From: Octopus vulgaris
Lineage: Eukaryota
Direction: 5' to 3'
NCBI GenBank assembly: GCA_951406725.2
Contig: OX597821.1
Span: forward strand, 115,134,001-115,198,000
Length of the DNA: 64,000 nt
The translations under genes were made by a program, and so were the position numbers. The notes under the pieces are model-generated. The model was not told where the DNA came from. It did not search any database and worked only from the letters and a program-made list of their open reading frames with translations. Below, piece by piece: positions 50,247-64,000 of this stretch. How positions within the stretch are numbered: the first letter of the stretch is position 1; every line of letters begins with the position of its first letter.

Positions 50247-50786
50247 GTAAGTTCCTTGGATTTAATTTCATTCTTAGTATTTCATCCTGCCTTGTTGTGG
50301 TTGTTGTTGTTGTTGCTTGTGTAGCCCTAGGTAAGCTTTGATTGAGCTAATCTACGAGCAAAAGGATTCTGACCATGGCCATTCCAACTCTTCTTTTCTT
50401 AGATGTAATATATGTAGAAAGTGGAAACCTGTGGCATAGTGGTTAGTGCCACACTCATAACAATAAGTTTGGGGCTTCAATTCCCACACCCAGCAGTGTG
50501 TTGTGCTCTTGAGCAAAACATTTCATTTTTTCATGTTGCTTTGTGATCCCTTCAGCGCCTTGTGCTCCAGTATGGGCAATAGCCATATGATGCAAGGAAA
50601 GAGCTAAATTTTATTAAAAAAAATTTTTTTTTACTACCCACTAGGGGCTAAATACAGAGGGGACAAACAAGGACAGACAAACGGATTAAGTCGATTACAT
50701 TGACCCCAGTGCGTAACTGGTACTTAATTTATCGACCCCGAAAGGATGAAAGGCAAAGTCGACCTCGGTGGAATTTGAACCCTTTA

Positions 50787-51163
50787 CTTCAGTTCATCTT
50801 TGGTGTTACAAGTAGTTTTGCTGGTCTCTCATTCAACTGTGCCCCACACATAATAATCAAGGGGGTTGTAGTCTGGGAAGTTGGTGGCCAGATGTTAGGG
50901 GTGATGTGGCCGCAGAAACTGTCTGATAGCCATAACTGGGTTCTCCTGCTTGTGTGGCATGGTACAGAGTCCTGTTGCCAGGCATGAGGTGTTCCAGCAG
51001 CCACCTTCTTGATCCAGGACAGCACTACCTCCTCTAGGCACTTGATGTAGGCCTCCATGTTGAGTCTGAGGCTGTGTGGGAAGATGAATGAAAGCATAAT
51101 GTCGCCATCACTAGTGATCGCTCTAAATACCATGATGTTGACTGGATGTTTGATTTTTATCAC
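50787..51163 (-). pseudogene. Tc1/mariner superfamily DD37D (maT-type) transposase fragment
   Basis: KHPVNIMVF..WQQDSVPCHTSRRTQLWL..WPP, then (after a frameshift) SPDYNPLDY; 37 residues between the 2nd and 3rd catalytic Asp. Confidence 0.85.
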
Positions 51164-51716
51164 TCAGTAAAAAGCACTCAATACATTCTATAAAGTCGTT
51201 GGCATTAGGAAGGGCATCCAGCTGTAAAAACCATGCCAAAACAGACAGTTGAACTTGTTGCCACCCCCAGCCTTGTCAGTTCCTTTCAAACCATCCAACC
51301 CATGCCAGCATGGAAAACCCAAACCCCAGAATATTTATTTTATTGAACTCTGGGTGGATAATCGGTAAATTCTTTCCTTGGCAGAACTTGAACTTGTGAT
51401 TAGAACAATGAAACTCCTCTGATTCTTCACCACTTTGTGGTCTTACCATATTCGTGTCTCTTGAAGCTGTATTGAATATTGATCACGGAGTATTAATGCT
51501 AATAATCATTGATTTATTAGTCTGTGGAATATTTACATTTCTTTGCTTCTGAAATGATTTATTACAAGACTGATGGAACTAGGAACCTCACTTTTAGTAT
51601 TTACATTATATTTTGGTCTGGAATATTCTCCAACACTCTTCAAATGTTATTTTTTTACATAAATATACAGATATAAATATTAATACATATACTGCATACA
51701 ATATACATACAGATAG

Positions 51717-52246
51717 TATTGAGTCAAGTACATCAAAATAAAAATCAAATGGAAATTGTAGTTGTGATACCCATGCCGGTGGCATGTAAAAAGCATCATC
51801 CGTACGTGGCTGATGTCAGCACCGCCTTGACTGGCTTCCGTGCCGGTGGCACATAAAAAGCACCATCCGAACGTGGCCGATGCCAGCACCGCCTTGACTA
51901 GCTTCCGTGCCGGTGGCACGTAAAAAGCACCGTCCGAACATGGCCAATGCCAACGTCACCTTGACTAGATTCAGTGCCAGTGGCACGTAAAAAGCACCAT
52001 CTGAACGTGGCCAATGCCAGTGCTGCCTTGACTGGCTTCCATACCAGTGGCACGTAAAAAGCACCAACCGATCGTGGCCGTTGCCAGCCTGTGCCGGTGG
52101 CATGTAAAAAGCACCCACTACACTCATGGAGTGGTTGGCGTTAGGAAGGACATCCAGCTGTAGAAACACTGCAGATCAGACTGGAGCCTGGTGCAGCCTC
52201 CTGGCTTCCCAGACCCCAGTCAAACTGTCCAACGATGATGATGATA
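51717..52246 (+). mobile_element. RTE 3' UTR fragment with about five diverged ~65-bp repeats
   Basis: Repeated GGTGGCACGTAAAAAGCACCATCCGAACGTGGCC units, then the conserved tail and (GAT)n. Confidence 0.85.
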
Positions 52247-53490
52247 TATACATCTGCCCATAATTTAGTAGGTTCAGCAAAAGAGATTGATAAAATAAGC
52301 ACCAGGATTATTAAAAAAAAGGTTTAAAAAAGTGGAACTGGTCAAGTCAATATCTTTAAAAAACCTCTGCATTTTCAAATCCTCTTTCCTATATATTTTC
52401 ACTCATGCAGTACCTTGCAATTTTACTTTGCTATATATATATCATCATCATCATCATCATCGTTTAACGTCCGCTTTCCATGCTAGCATGGGTTGGATGA
52501 TTTTGACTGAGGGCTGGCGAACCAGATGGCTGCACCAGGCTTCAATCTTGATCTGTCAGAATTTCTACAGCTGGATGCCCTTCTTAATACCAACCACTCC
52601 GAGAGTGTAGTGGGTGCTTTTACGTTCCACCGGCATGGGGTCCAGTCAGGCGGTACTGGCAACAACCTTGCTCGAATCTTTTTACACATGCCACCAGCAC
52701 AGGTGCCAGTAAGGCGACGCTGGTAACAATCACGCTCGAATGGTACCCTTTAATGTGCCACCAGCACGGAAGCCAGATGTAGATATATATATAGAATAAC
52801 CTGCTCATAAAACTAACATGCAAGTGGCTGAGTATTCCACAGACATGCATACCCATAACATAGTTCTCAGGGAGTTTGAGCATGACCCAGAATGTAACAA
52901 GGCTGGCCCTTTGGCCTACAAGTATTACTCATGTTTATGAGTGTACTGGAACAACATAGAATAAAGTGTCTTGCTCAAGGACTGTGTGTTGCCAGGTATT
53001 GAACTCATGACCTTACGATTGTGAGCCCAAACTCTAACCACCAAGCCCATTGTGTGCTTATATCTTAACGAATGTTTCAAAAAAAGATGGGTGAATGTAG
53101 CAAGGATGGCACGTATGAATGACGAAGCCACCTTGAGCATAATCCTATGAACCCAGAAAAATTTTAAACAGAGGGTTACCTACTTGCAAACAAATGTGGT
53201 AACATGTAACATTATTGACCGAGGTTACCGTGGTCTTTTCCGTAGGCTTTTCTTTCCATGGATAAACCTCATCTGCTTTCTCCTTTACACTTTACATCAT
53301 GACATTTCTGTGATACACGATCCCTATTGATCGTTTTTTTTTTTCCTTTTTATATTTTTTTTTTCCTTTCCTTTTTTCTTCTTTCCCTTTTACGACCCCT
53401 TTTGATCGAAAACCTACCCCACTTTTTTTTTCCCTCCCCAAAAAGAAAAGCTCTACTTTGTAATCTGTCCTGTCTTTGTGCAGCCCTGTG

Positions 53491-53532
<42 letters not shown>

Positions 53533-54103
53533 AACACACACACACTTATATGTATGTGTGTGTTTGTACGTGTTTGTTCTCCACCACCACTTGACAACCA
53601 GTGTTGGTGTGTTTACATCCCCCCATAATTTCGTGGGTTCAGCAAAAGAAATTGATAAAATAAGCACCAGGATTATAAAAAAAAAAAAAAGAGTACTAGG
53701 TTTGATTTATTTAACTGAAGTTCTTCAAGGTAGTGCCCCAGCATGGCCACATGGTATGAAAAATTGCCAATTTATCAACCATAGAATTTAAAGACAAAAT
53801 ACTTATATGGGCCCCGCAAGGATCAAATTAACCTTGAATGGAACCATTGTTTTGAAAGAAAGGTAAACCAGGAATGGTTGCCGAAAAACATGTTCTTTGT
53901 CATTTCAGTATTTAATGATTTTAAATAAGAACTTATGGTTTATCACGAAACACGGCGGCATGACAAGGAAGACGAGGAAAGGAAAAAAAAACCTTCAAAG
54001 AAATTTCCTCTTATTGTCTTTTATTTTATAAATTTTATCTATCTCTTTTTTTTTTTTTTTTACTTTTTTGCCTTTAAACCTTAAAGAGAATCATGAAATG
54101 ACC

Positions 54104-54521
<418 letters not shown>

Positions 54522-56010
54522 TGTGTGTATGTGCGTTGTGTATGTGTACATACAGATACATATCCATACATACATATATATATATATATTGTTTGTGTGT
54601 ATGGGTGGATGTATGTATGTAATTGTAATGCACACACACACACACACACTGAAGAGTTAAACAAAACAACTATAATTTTTTTTTTTTTTGGTTGATACTA
54701 ACATTTATTTATTTGTTTAATTATTGCAATTTGTGCACAATGGTATCATCGGTTTACTGCTTTCTAATGAGCTTGTCATTAGTTCACTGCATTTATGACA
54801 GTGACAGTGAGAGGGGAGTGTTTGTAAATTGATGCAGAGCAAATATTTCCAAGTATTTTGCTTACAAGTCACCAGTTTGTCATTTTCCTCACCAGTCTTG
54901 ATATTCTTTGCCAATGTGCATCAGTGAAACACACACACACACGCACACACACAATATATGTATGATTTATGGGTTTCAGCCTGAAGGCTGTGGCCATGCT
55001 GGGGCATTGCCAGTTACAGTACTATTTCACTTAGGCACAGTAATTCTAATAATATGGTGTTAGATTCTAATCATAAGGCACTGATCAAGCTTCTGTTATG
55101 AGAGCAGGCACTTGCATTGCCAAACGGCTCGCACGGCCACTCAATGGGATTGAACCTGGAATGATGTTTTCATGGAGTGAACCTCTTAACCTCACTGCTC
55201 TACCTGCACCGATTGGGACCTTTATCTTCCTAGGCAGACAACAGGTATTGATTTCAGATTTTGGCAGAAGGCCGACAATTTTGGGAGGAGAGAGTAAGTC
55301 GATTACATTGACCCCCAGTATGCAGCTGGTACTTATTTTATCAGCTTCAAAAGTATGAAAGGCAAAGTTGACCTTGGTGGAATTTGAACTTAGAATGTGA
55401 AGTCAGAGGAGATGCTGCCAAGCATTTTGCCTGCTGTGTTAACGATTCTGCCAGCTCACCCCCTCGGGCAGACTGTAGATATTAAAAACCCCCTTTGCCA
55501 TCTCAGATTTAACCCCTCCCTCCTTTCATTCCAGTCCCATTTCTAGAACTCTTGTTTTTTTTATCTCTTCTCTCTAACCTTAATATTGATATCTTTCTTA
55601 CGTTGTTGCCTCCCCTTTGTTCTTCCCCTCTCCTCTATTTCATTATGTGGCTGTGTGGGAAGAGGTTTGCTTCCCAACTACATGGTTCCAGGTTCAGTCC
55701 CACTACATAATATCTTGGGCAAGTGTCTTTTACTTTAGCTCCAGGCCAACCAAAGCCTTCTAAGTGGATTTGGTTGATGGAAACTGAAAGAAGGCTGTTG
55801 TGTGTGTGTGTGTGTGTGTGCCTCCTCCTCCACCTCTTGACAACCGGTGTTGGTTTCTTTACATTCCCTGTGACTTTGCAGTTCAGAATTTAAGTTAGAA
55901 TAAGTATCAGGCTTTGAAAAAGGTAACTGCTGGGGTTGATTCATTGTAATAAAACCCTTCAAGGTGGTACTCCAGCATGACCATGGTCCAATGACTGAAA
56001 CAAGTAAAAG

Positions 56011-57048
56011 ATAATTACCTCTGCTCTAGCGAAGGTGGAGATATTGTTTTCAGTTGTATTTGTTTGTGTTTGTCCAACTGCTGGATGGATTCGGATGAAA
56101 CTTTCAGGGATGTTTGGCATGACTGGCACAAACTGATTAGATTTTGGGATTGATCCGGTACCGGACAAGGATTCTGGATTATTTGTTATATTTACTTTAC
56201 ATGAAGTATTATGATCTTACTTTCACTTTCAAGTCTTTCTCTGATTATCTCCCTTGAAAGCACACTCATGGTTTCCACACAAGTTATGGTGGCTTTGTTG
56301 TTTCCAAAGTTTTATTTTCGTTTCTCTAATATTAATTTTACTTGCATCTCTATCTTAGTAGAAGCTGATGGATAAAGAAATCAAACTAAATAAACAAACG
56401 GCAGCAAAACCATTCAGAAATTAAATAACACTAACATATTCAGTAACAATAATAAATTTAATTATCCTCAATAATTTTTAGTTTTACCAATTTTGAATAT
56501 ATTATTCCTGTTTAAAACCTCTTCCTACTTGACAATTGCATTTCTAGCTCTGCCTTGAAGGAAGCTTTACTTTTTGGACTTATACTTTTTGTGCGCAACG
56601 GTGTTGCTAAACCTCTGTTAACAACACTGTATGTAGGTCCTTTCTGTTTTCTTTCGCGCACGGATAAATTTTCCACTATAGACCTCAATGGCAATTATGA
56701 CACCATATCAGTGGATAGACTAAAAAAAGGCCTTCTTAGAGAAAACTGTCCCTGTTCCCACTGCAGACAACACACACAGCATTACAAACACGGCCCAAAC
56801 ACCCATTTTCACATTCCATGACTACCATTGGGATTGATCAGGTACTGGACAACGATTCTAGATTATATTTCCACTTGTTTTTTACTTAATTTTTGAGAGC
56901 GGTCAGCTTTATTTTTAGTATTTTTGTTTGTGAGAGCAGTTGAGTTTATTTCAGATATTCTCATTTTAAAAATCATCTCCAGTTAATCATTGAAAGGAGA
57001 TTGGTGTTGCCTTGGTGGAGGTTTGCACTCTCTGATTGCTCTTGTTAT
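56011..57048 (+). mobile_element. Helentron-associated (HINE/DINE-like) element interrupted by a ~650-bp insert
   Basis: 5' ATTACCTCTGC..AGGTGGAG sub-TIR, GTTT microsatellite, 3' CCTTGGTGGAGGTTTGCACTCTCTGATTGCTCTTGTT stem-loop end. Confidence 0.65.
56580..56730 (+). pseudogene. Ty3/Gypsy integrase C-terminal (GPY/F) fragment
   Basis: LFVRNGVAKPLLTTLYVGPFCFLSRTDKFSTIDLNGNYDTISVDRLK matches the Gypsy pattern FVR..KPL...Y.GPF.VL.R.DK.F.ID..G..D.VS.DRLK. Confidence 0.75.
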
Positions 57049-58900
57049 ACTTAATATATGTTTGTAATTATATATAATGATATATATCATCATCATCTAA
57101 CACCCTGCCACCGGACTGGCACGTAAGAAAACACCTTTGAGTATGGTCGTTGCCAGTACCACCTGACTGGCCTTTGTGCCGGTGGCACGTAAAACCATCC
57201 ACTACACTCTCGGAGTGGTTGGCGTTAGGAAGAGCATCCAGCTGTAGAAACTTTGTCAGATTAGGTTGGAGCCTGGTGCAGCCTCCTGGCTTGCCAGTTC
57301 CCAGTCAAACCGTCCAACTCATGCCAGCATGAAAAGCGGACATTAAACAATAATGATGATGATGATATGTTGTCGAAAGCACAAATACCTCTGGTCCTGA
57401 CATGTTACAAGATTCACAGACAACAGGTGGATCTATACAGTTGCTGAGTTGCATCCAAGAGACTAAGGCCACTTGGAAGGCATCCATGATGATGGGAAGA
57501 TGATTTGGTTAAGCGATTTCGGTCAAGATGTAAAAGTAAGATGCAATCAAGACAGAATTGGGAACATATATGTGTATCTCTGAGCATGAGCAGTAGTGCT
57601 GGGGGAATATTGTAGTTATGTGTTGAGAGGGTTTCTTTGGGGTTTGAATGATTCACTCCTGGAAACATGGGTGTTTCATCCCTCATCTTTTAACTGCATC
57701 TGATGGTCTGGTCAATTCTTTGAGATGTATAATAGGTCTGTAGTGGTATATAATCATGTTTGTTTTTAGATTCTTTTACTTGTTTCAGACTGTGGCTATG
57801 CTGAGGCACCACCTTGAAAAATAAACACACGTGCTCATCTAGGATATGAACCTGGTACCTCTCAACATCCAAAGCAAGAATCAAACCTCTAGACCAAAAA
57901 TTTGTAATTACTTTAAAAATAGCTTCAATATTCTTATTGTGACGAATCATTTTACTGCAAAAATAATCAATCTTCATTTGGAAAAGAAATCTTCAATATA
58001 GATTATGAATATAGTTATGAATTAGTTTTGGATTTTCAGATCTGTTATTATATATACATAATGTGATTGTGTACATACACAGCGATTATATATACACAGT
58101 GATTATACATACATGCATGCAAGAGAACTGAGCAGGAACTGGTTTGCTTAGATGTAGCAGTGTTTGTCTTTTAGTTTGAACTAATATTTAGAAGACACAA
58201 ACACACAACATTCGCTTAAGGAAACAATGCTTTCTTCTTTTTTGTTCACATTTTTGATGAGTCATTGAGTTTGTGTGTGTATTTTTTTTTTTTTTATGAG
58301 ATGACATGAGGTGTGGTGGATGGTGATGATGGTGGTGGTGGTGGTAGTGGTGGTAGTGGTGGTTTATGTGTGTGTGTGTGTGTGGGCGGGGTTTCCAGTG
58401 AAATACAAATGCAGGTAAAGGAAGGCTTGGTGGGAACAAACAGATGTTATGACAGGAAATGTGAACCAAGGAGTTTCCTAAGTTCAAATCCAGCCCGGGT
58501 CAGCTTTCTTAACTTCTGAGGTTAGTAAAATAGGTTCCAGACAAATTCCAGGAGTTGATAAAAGGCACCAAACCTTTGAAGGCTAATGACTGGAACCAGT
58601 TGAAGAATCAAAGAGTGTGTGTGTATTTTCTACTGGAGATAAAAGAGCACAACTGCTTATTAATGCAGTTTGTGCATCTCTAAGTTCTGAGTTCAAATTC
58701 AACTGACTTTGTTTTCATCCTTTCTGGGTCCTTAAAATAAATACCAGTCGAGCAATGGGGGTTGATGTAATCAACTTGCATCTTCCACCCAAAACACTGA
58801 TGGCCCTATGCCAAAAATTTGAAAATAATAATAACAGCAACAACTTGTTGTCTCTTTATGTCTCTGGGTGGAGCCAACTTGTACAAAGCAAAAGCCAAAC

Positions 58901-58902
<2 letters not shown>

Positions 58903-58944
<42 letters not shown>

Positions 58945-59162
58945 GTAATAATGATAATAATAATAGTAATAATGATAATAATAATAGTAATAAATAATGT
59001 AATAATGATAATAATAATAGTAATAATGATAATAATAATTGTAATAATGATAATAATAATAGTAATAATGATAATAATAATTGTAATAATGATAATAATA
59101 ATGTAATAAATAATAATAAGTAATAATGATAATAATAATATAATAATGATAATAATATAGAA

Positions 59163-59196
<34 letters not shown>

Positions 59197-59220
59197 TTTA
59201 TCATCATCATTATTATTATC
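58903..59220. repeat. (TAA)n-derived microsatellite with a 21-bp higher-order unit (GTAATAATGATAATAATAATA)
   Basis: Direct inspection. Confidence 0.95.
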
Positions 59221-59919
59221 AAAGGTGGTGAACTGGTAGAATTGTTAATAATAATAATAAATACAGACCAGAACCGGAAGTAAGACTAGCTTAGCTTTCT
59301 CTCTCCATTGCAGTCCCACCCCAGGGATAGGAATCCTACAAATTGTGTTTGTCTTTTTTAAATGTCAGAAGTCAAACTTTATGTTAAACGGGGAAGAACA
59401 GTTTTGAATGACCTTAGAACCTCAAGAATGGCTGTTATTACTATGTCTGGCATAAATGTTGACTTACTGTCCGACCTCTAATTGTTGAAGACCGAATACG
59501 GTTCTTAAAAATTTGTGTGTGAGGTTATATCGAAAGAGAACAGCTGAACTGGTTTGAGTTGCTCTCACATGGAATGGTCCTTCTACTCTACTATCCATTA
59601 TTTGTCTCTTTGTATCTTTCGGTAACATTGAACATTTCCAGGTGATGTTTAATTCTTTGTTGTAAATCCTGGTTTTCAAAGTCTTCTGAGTGGATTTGGT
59701 AAATGAACACCAAAAGAAGCCTCTGTGTGTGTATGGGTGTGCGTGTGTGTGTGTTTTACAGCTGAACTCAACGAAAGTCACAAACTTATGAAGGGCGTTC
59801 ATCGTCGTCACATCTGTCAACCTTTTATCCTTTATTTGTTTCAGTCATTAGACTATGGCCATGCTGGGGCTCCACCTTGAATTTATTTAGTTGAATGAAT
59901 CGAACCTAGTACATATTTT

Positions 59920-60330
59920 GGATCTTTTCGGTTTGAACAGCAGTTTTTAACATAATTTCTAGGTAACTAAAAAATTTTAAACTTCGTATACTGGTAGAAT
60001 GTGTTTATAAAACATCTTTTTCTCTTGGCTTTATTGAGAAAATTCTATAGTTTTTAAAATATTTGTTGTTTTTTTTCTTCATTTTCTGCAATTTCAACCA
60101 ATCACTGACATCTATTGAGGTAAAAAAACATTCTGTGCCGTATGAATATGTCCCTCGTTTAAGAAACAGATTGGGTTTATTTACATTTGTTAAGAAAAAA
60201 GATACCCTTCCCTCCACCCCTAACCCTAAAACAGATTGAAATGCAATAGATTGATACTAGGGTCATAATTATGGGTGACAATTTCATATGACACCGCTAG
60301 AAAAAACTGCCGTTCAAACTGAAAAGATCC
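59920..60330. mobile_element. MITE with 29-bp TIRs and an 8-9 bp TSD (MULE- or hAT-like) inserted in a SINE
   Basis: GGATCTTTTCGGTTTGAACAGCAGTTTTT / AAAAACTGCCGTTCAAACTGAAAAGATCC; flanks CATATTTT and CTTATTTT. Confidence 0.85.
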
Positions 60331-61690
60331 CTTATTTTTTAAAGCTTATTACTTATTCTATTGGTCTCTTTCGCTGAACCACTAAGCTATGGAGATATAA
60401 ACAAACCAGCATTGGTTGTCAAGTGGTTGGAGGCACAAAGTCAGATACAGACACACATGTATAAATATTTATATATGACGGGCTTCTTTCAGTTTCCATC
60501 TACCAAATCCACGCTCGAAGTTTTGGTTGGTCTGAGGCTATAGTTGAAGACACTTGCCCAATGTGCCACACAGTGGGACTGAACCCAGAACCATGTGGAT
60601 GAGAAGCAAGCTTCTTACCACTCTTGCAATAAATACTCTGTTTGGTTTGCATCTTTGTTGTGTGAAGTAAGAAATCCTCACTTGGAAAAAAGATAAAGGT
60701 TAGCAGCAGGAAAAGCATCCAGTGGTCAAATAATATCCCTGTAATGTATTCATCTAACCCATGCTACCATGGAAAAAAAAACAGAAGTAAAATGAATGAA
60801 TCATTGTCTGTTTTGTCTTTGTTGATACTGGATTCATTGTTCACATTAAACGATGTTAATTAACAAGGAAAGTTAATTTACTTAGATTCCCAACCACTTT
60901 GTTTTTTACTTGTTTCAGTCATTTCTCTGTGGCCATACTGGAGTACCACCTTGAAGGGTTTAATCAAAGGAATTGGTCCCAGGACTTATCACTTTTTCAA
61001 AGTTTGGTATTCATTTTATTGCTAACTCATGGGGACATAAACAAACCAACACTGGTTATCAAGCAGTGATAGGAACACACACACACACAGAGGGCTTCTT
61101 TCAGTTTCCATGGTGCCACATAAAAAGCACCCAGTCCACTCTGTAAAGTGGTTGGCATCAGGAAGGGCATCCATCCATAGAAACCATGCCAAAACAGACA
61201 ATTGGAGCCTGGTGCAGCTCTCCAGTCTTGCTAGCTCCTGTCAAACTGTCCAACTCATGCCAGCATGGAAAAACAAACGTTAAATGACGATGATGATGTC
61301 CACTCCCAAGGCTTTGGTCAACCTAGGGGCTATAGTTGAAATCACTCTCCCAATCTACCAAGCAGTGAGACTGAACCCCTAACCTTGTGGCTGAGAAGCA
61401 AGCCTCTTACCCTCACAGCCACATCTGCATCTGTATGTTGAATGAGATAAATTCTAATTACAGATCTCCGCTATTAAAGACTGCAATGCATTGCCATAAT
61501 CTTTCTGCTGTCTTTCTTATTGGTGTTCGATAGATTTTGCAGAATCGCAGACATTGTGGATTGGATGTTATACTGAGATTGTTACTCAATACATAACGGT
61601 TAAGTTTGGAAGCTTTGTTTTGCCACCTTGGGGTAACATCAAGAAATATGGCGTATGTACAATAATTAAGGGTCACATCAGGAAATATGT

Positions 61691-64000
61691 TATCATCATC
61701 GTTTGGTGTCCACTTTCCATGCTGGCATGAGTTGGATGGTTTGACCGAAACTGGTGCCAAAGTTTCTACAGCTGGATGCCCTTCCTAATGCCAACCACTC
61801 CGAGAGTGTAGTGGGTGCTTTTTATGCACCACCAGCACGAGGGCCAGTCAGGCGGTTCTCGCAACGACCACGCTCAAAAGGTGTTTTTACATGCTACCTG
61901 CACAGGAGCCAGTCTGGTGACACTGGCAATGACCATGCTTGAATGTTGTTTTTCACGTGCCACTGGCACATGTCCCGGTAAGATGACACTGGTAGTGATC
62001 ACTCTTGAATGATGCTTTTCACGTGTCACCAGCACAGGAGCCAATCCATCGCCCTGGCAACAATCATGCTTGGATGTGCTTTTAATGTTCCACTGGCATG
62101 AGTGCCAATCAGGCAGTACTGTCATCGGACACATCAGCAATTTTGATTTGTTTTCAGTTGCCTCAATAGGTCTTCACAAGCAAAGTTTATTGTCCAATGA
62201 ATGAGGGGGACTCATAAGTGGGCTGATTACACCCACTGGCATAGGCCATGGACTATGGTCTCTCTTGGCTTGTCGGGTCTTCTCAAGCACAGCATATCTC
62301 CAAAGGTCCTGGTCACTAGCCATTGCCTCAGTAAGGCCTAATGTTTGAAGGTCGTGCTTCACCACCTCTTCCCAGGTTTTCCTGGGTCTACCTCTTCCAC
62401 AGGTTCCTTCAACTGCTAGGGTGTGACACTTTTTCACACAGCTGACCTCATTCATTCGCAACACATGACCATACCAGCGCAGTTGTCTCTTTTGCACACC
62501 ACATCTGATGCTTCTTAGGTCCAACATTTCTCTCAAGGTACCTACACTCTGTCAAGTATGCACACTGACATTACACATCCAGTCGAGCATACTGGCTTCA
62601 TTCCTTGCAAGCTTATGCATATCCTCAGCAGTCACGGCCCATGTTTCACTGCCATGTAGCATGGCTGTTCACACACATACATTATATAGTCTGCCTTTTA
62701 TTCTGGATGGGAGGCCCTTTGTCACCAGCAGAGGTAGATGCTCTCTGAACTTTGCTCAGGCTATTCTTTTTCTAGCAGCTACACTTTCAGAGCATCCACC
62801 CCTGCTACTGACTAAGTAACGGAAGCTATCAACTACTTCTAGTTTTTCTCCTTGGGATGTGACAGAAGCTGTTCTCTGCACATTTTCTGTGTTTATAGCA
62901 CCTGAGCATTTGCCACATACAAAAACTATCTTCCTAGTTAGCCTTCCTTTGATATTGCTGCACCTCTTATGTATCCATAGCTTACACTGGGCATGTCTTG
63001 TGGAGTTTCTACCTACACCTTTTCTACAGATCAAGCAGGGCCATCTACCTGAAGGGATGTGTGGTGTGTCTGCCTTTCTACTTATTAAGACTTTGGTTTT
63101 AGCTAGGTTGACTCTAAGGCCCTTCGATTCTAATCTTTGCTTCCACACCTGAAACTTTTCCTCTACTTCTGATAGTGACTCAGCAATTAGAGCAAGGTCA
63201 TCAACATAGAGGAGCTACCAAGGGCATCCTGTCTTGAATTCTTCTGTTATTGCCTGGAGGACTATGATGAATAAGAGGGGGCTGAGAACTGATCTTTGGT
63301 GGTTCCCTACCCCTACTCAGAATTCTTCACTGTACTCATTGCCAACTGTCACCTTACTGACAGCATCCCTGTACATGGTTTGCACAGCTCTCACTAACCA
63401 TTTATATATCCCTAGTTTCCTCATTGACCACCAGATAAGGGATCGGGGAACCCTGTTGAAGGCTTTCTCTATGTTAATGAAAGCCAGGTACAGAGGTTTA
63501 TCTTTGGCTAGGTATTTCTCCTGCAGCTGTCTTACCAGAAATATGGCATCAGTGGTGCTTTTCCCTGGCACGAACCCCAACTGCATCTCATCTAGACTGA
63601 CTTTCTCCCTAATTAGTTGAGCTATGACCCTCTATGTGACCTTCATTACCTGATCCAACAACTTGATATCTCTGTAATTATTTGTATCTAAAGCGTCACC
63701 ATTACCTTTGTAGCAGTTGACTATTATGCTGCTACACCAGTCATTGGGTATGACACCTTCATGTATCATCTGGTTTACTATACGGGTGACTAGGCTATAG
63801 CTGACACCGCCAGATATTTTGAGCATCTCTGTGGTGATTCCTGATGGGTCAGGGGCCTTCCTTGTCTTCATACTCTTAATTGCTTTACCTACCAAGGCAC
63901 TGTCAATTCGGATAGCTGGTCCCTCTGTTGGGTTGGTATTCAGCAGACTCTCGTTCTCCCATTCATTCTCTTTATTGAGCAATCTTTCATTGTGGTGTCT
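61691..64000 (-). mobile_element. Second, decayed RTE copy of the same family (frameshifts and stops), running off the window end
   Basis: Minus-strand ORF pieces 63632-63982, 63317-63586, 62756-63148 and 62174-62536 are colinear with the 804-aa ORF; 3' UTR repeats at ~61820-62130 and the (ATC)n tail at 61691. Confidence 0.95.

Noticed and set aside
60217-60229. CCCTAACCCTAA telomeric motif
   Set aside because: Only two units, internal to a MITE; not an interstitial telomere array.

Overview
AT-rich, repeat-dense animal genomic DNA, most likely an octopod cephalopod (inferred from the tRNA/CORE-type SINEs, abundant RTE 3' tails ending in (GAT)n and very high microsatellite load). The only clear host gene is a dystrobrevin (DTNA/DTNB-like) on the + strand. 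Four coding exons (67/81/214/86 nt of CDS, at 34127-50246) splice in frame with GT-AG boundaries, and the gene continues past the window. The rest is intron or flank filled with mobile DNA: a young 5'-truncated RTE LINE with an open 2.4-kb ORF and a PHD-like zinc finger inside its RT, a decayed antiparallel copy, many RTE 3' tails, several SINE families, an R4/Dong-like fragment in (TAA)n, a DD37D transposase fragment, hAT/piggyBac/MULE-like MITEs, Helitron/Helentron derivatives and a Gypsy fragment. The most notable signal is eight hammerhead-ribozyme-like motifs from about six unrelated sequence families. They include a palindromic element with two divergent tRNA-like Pol III heads, each followed by a minimal hammerhead (two TSD-flanked copies with Penelope-like asymmetric ends), and a ~265-bp direct-repeat-flanked retrozyme-like unit. 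Most short ORFs in the supplied track are microsatellite or repeat artefacts. All structures were read by eye; no searches or folding were run.
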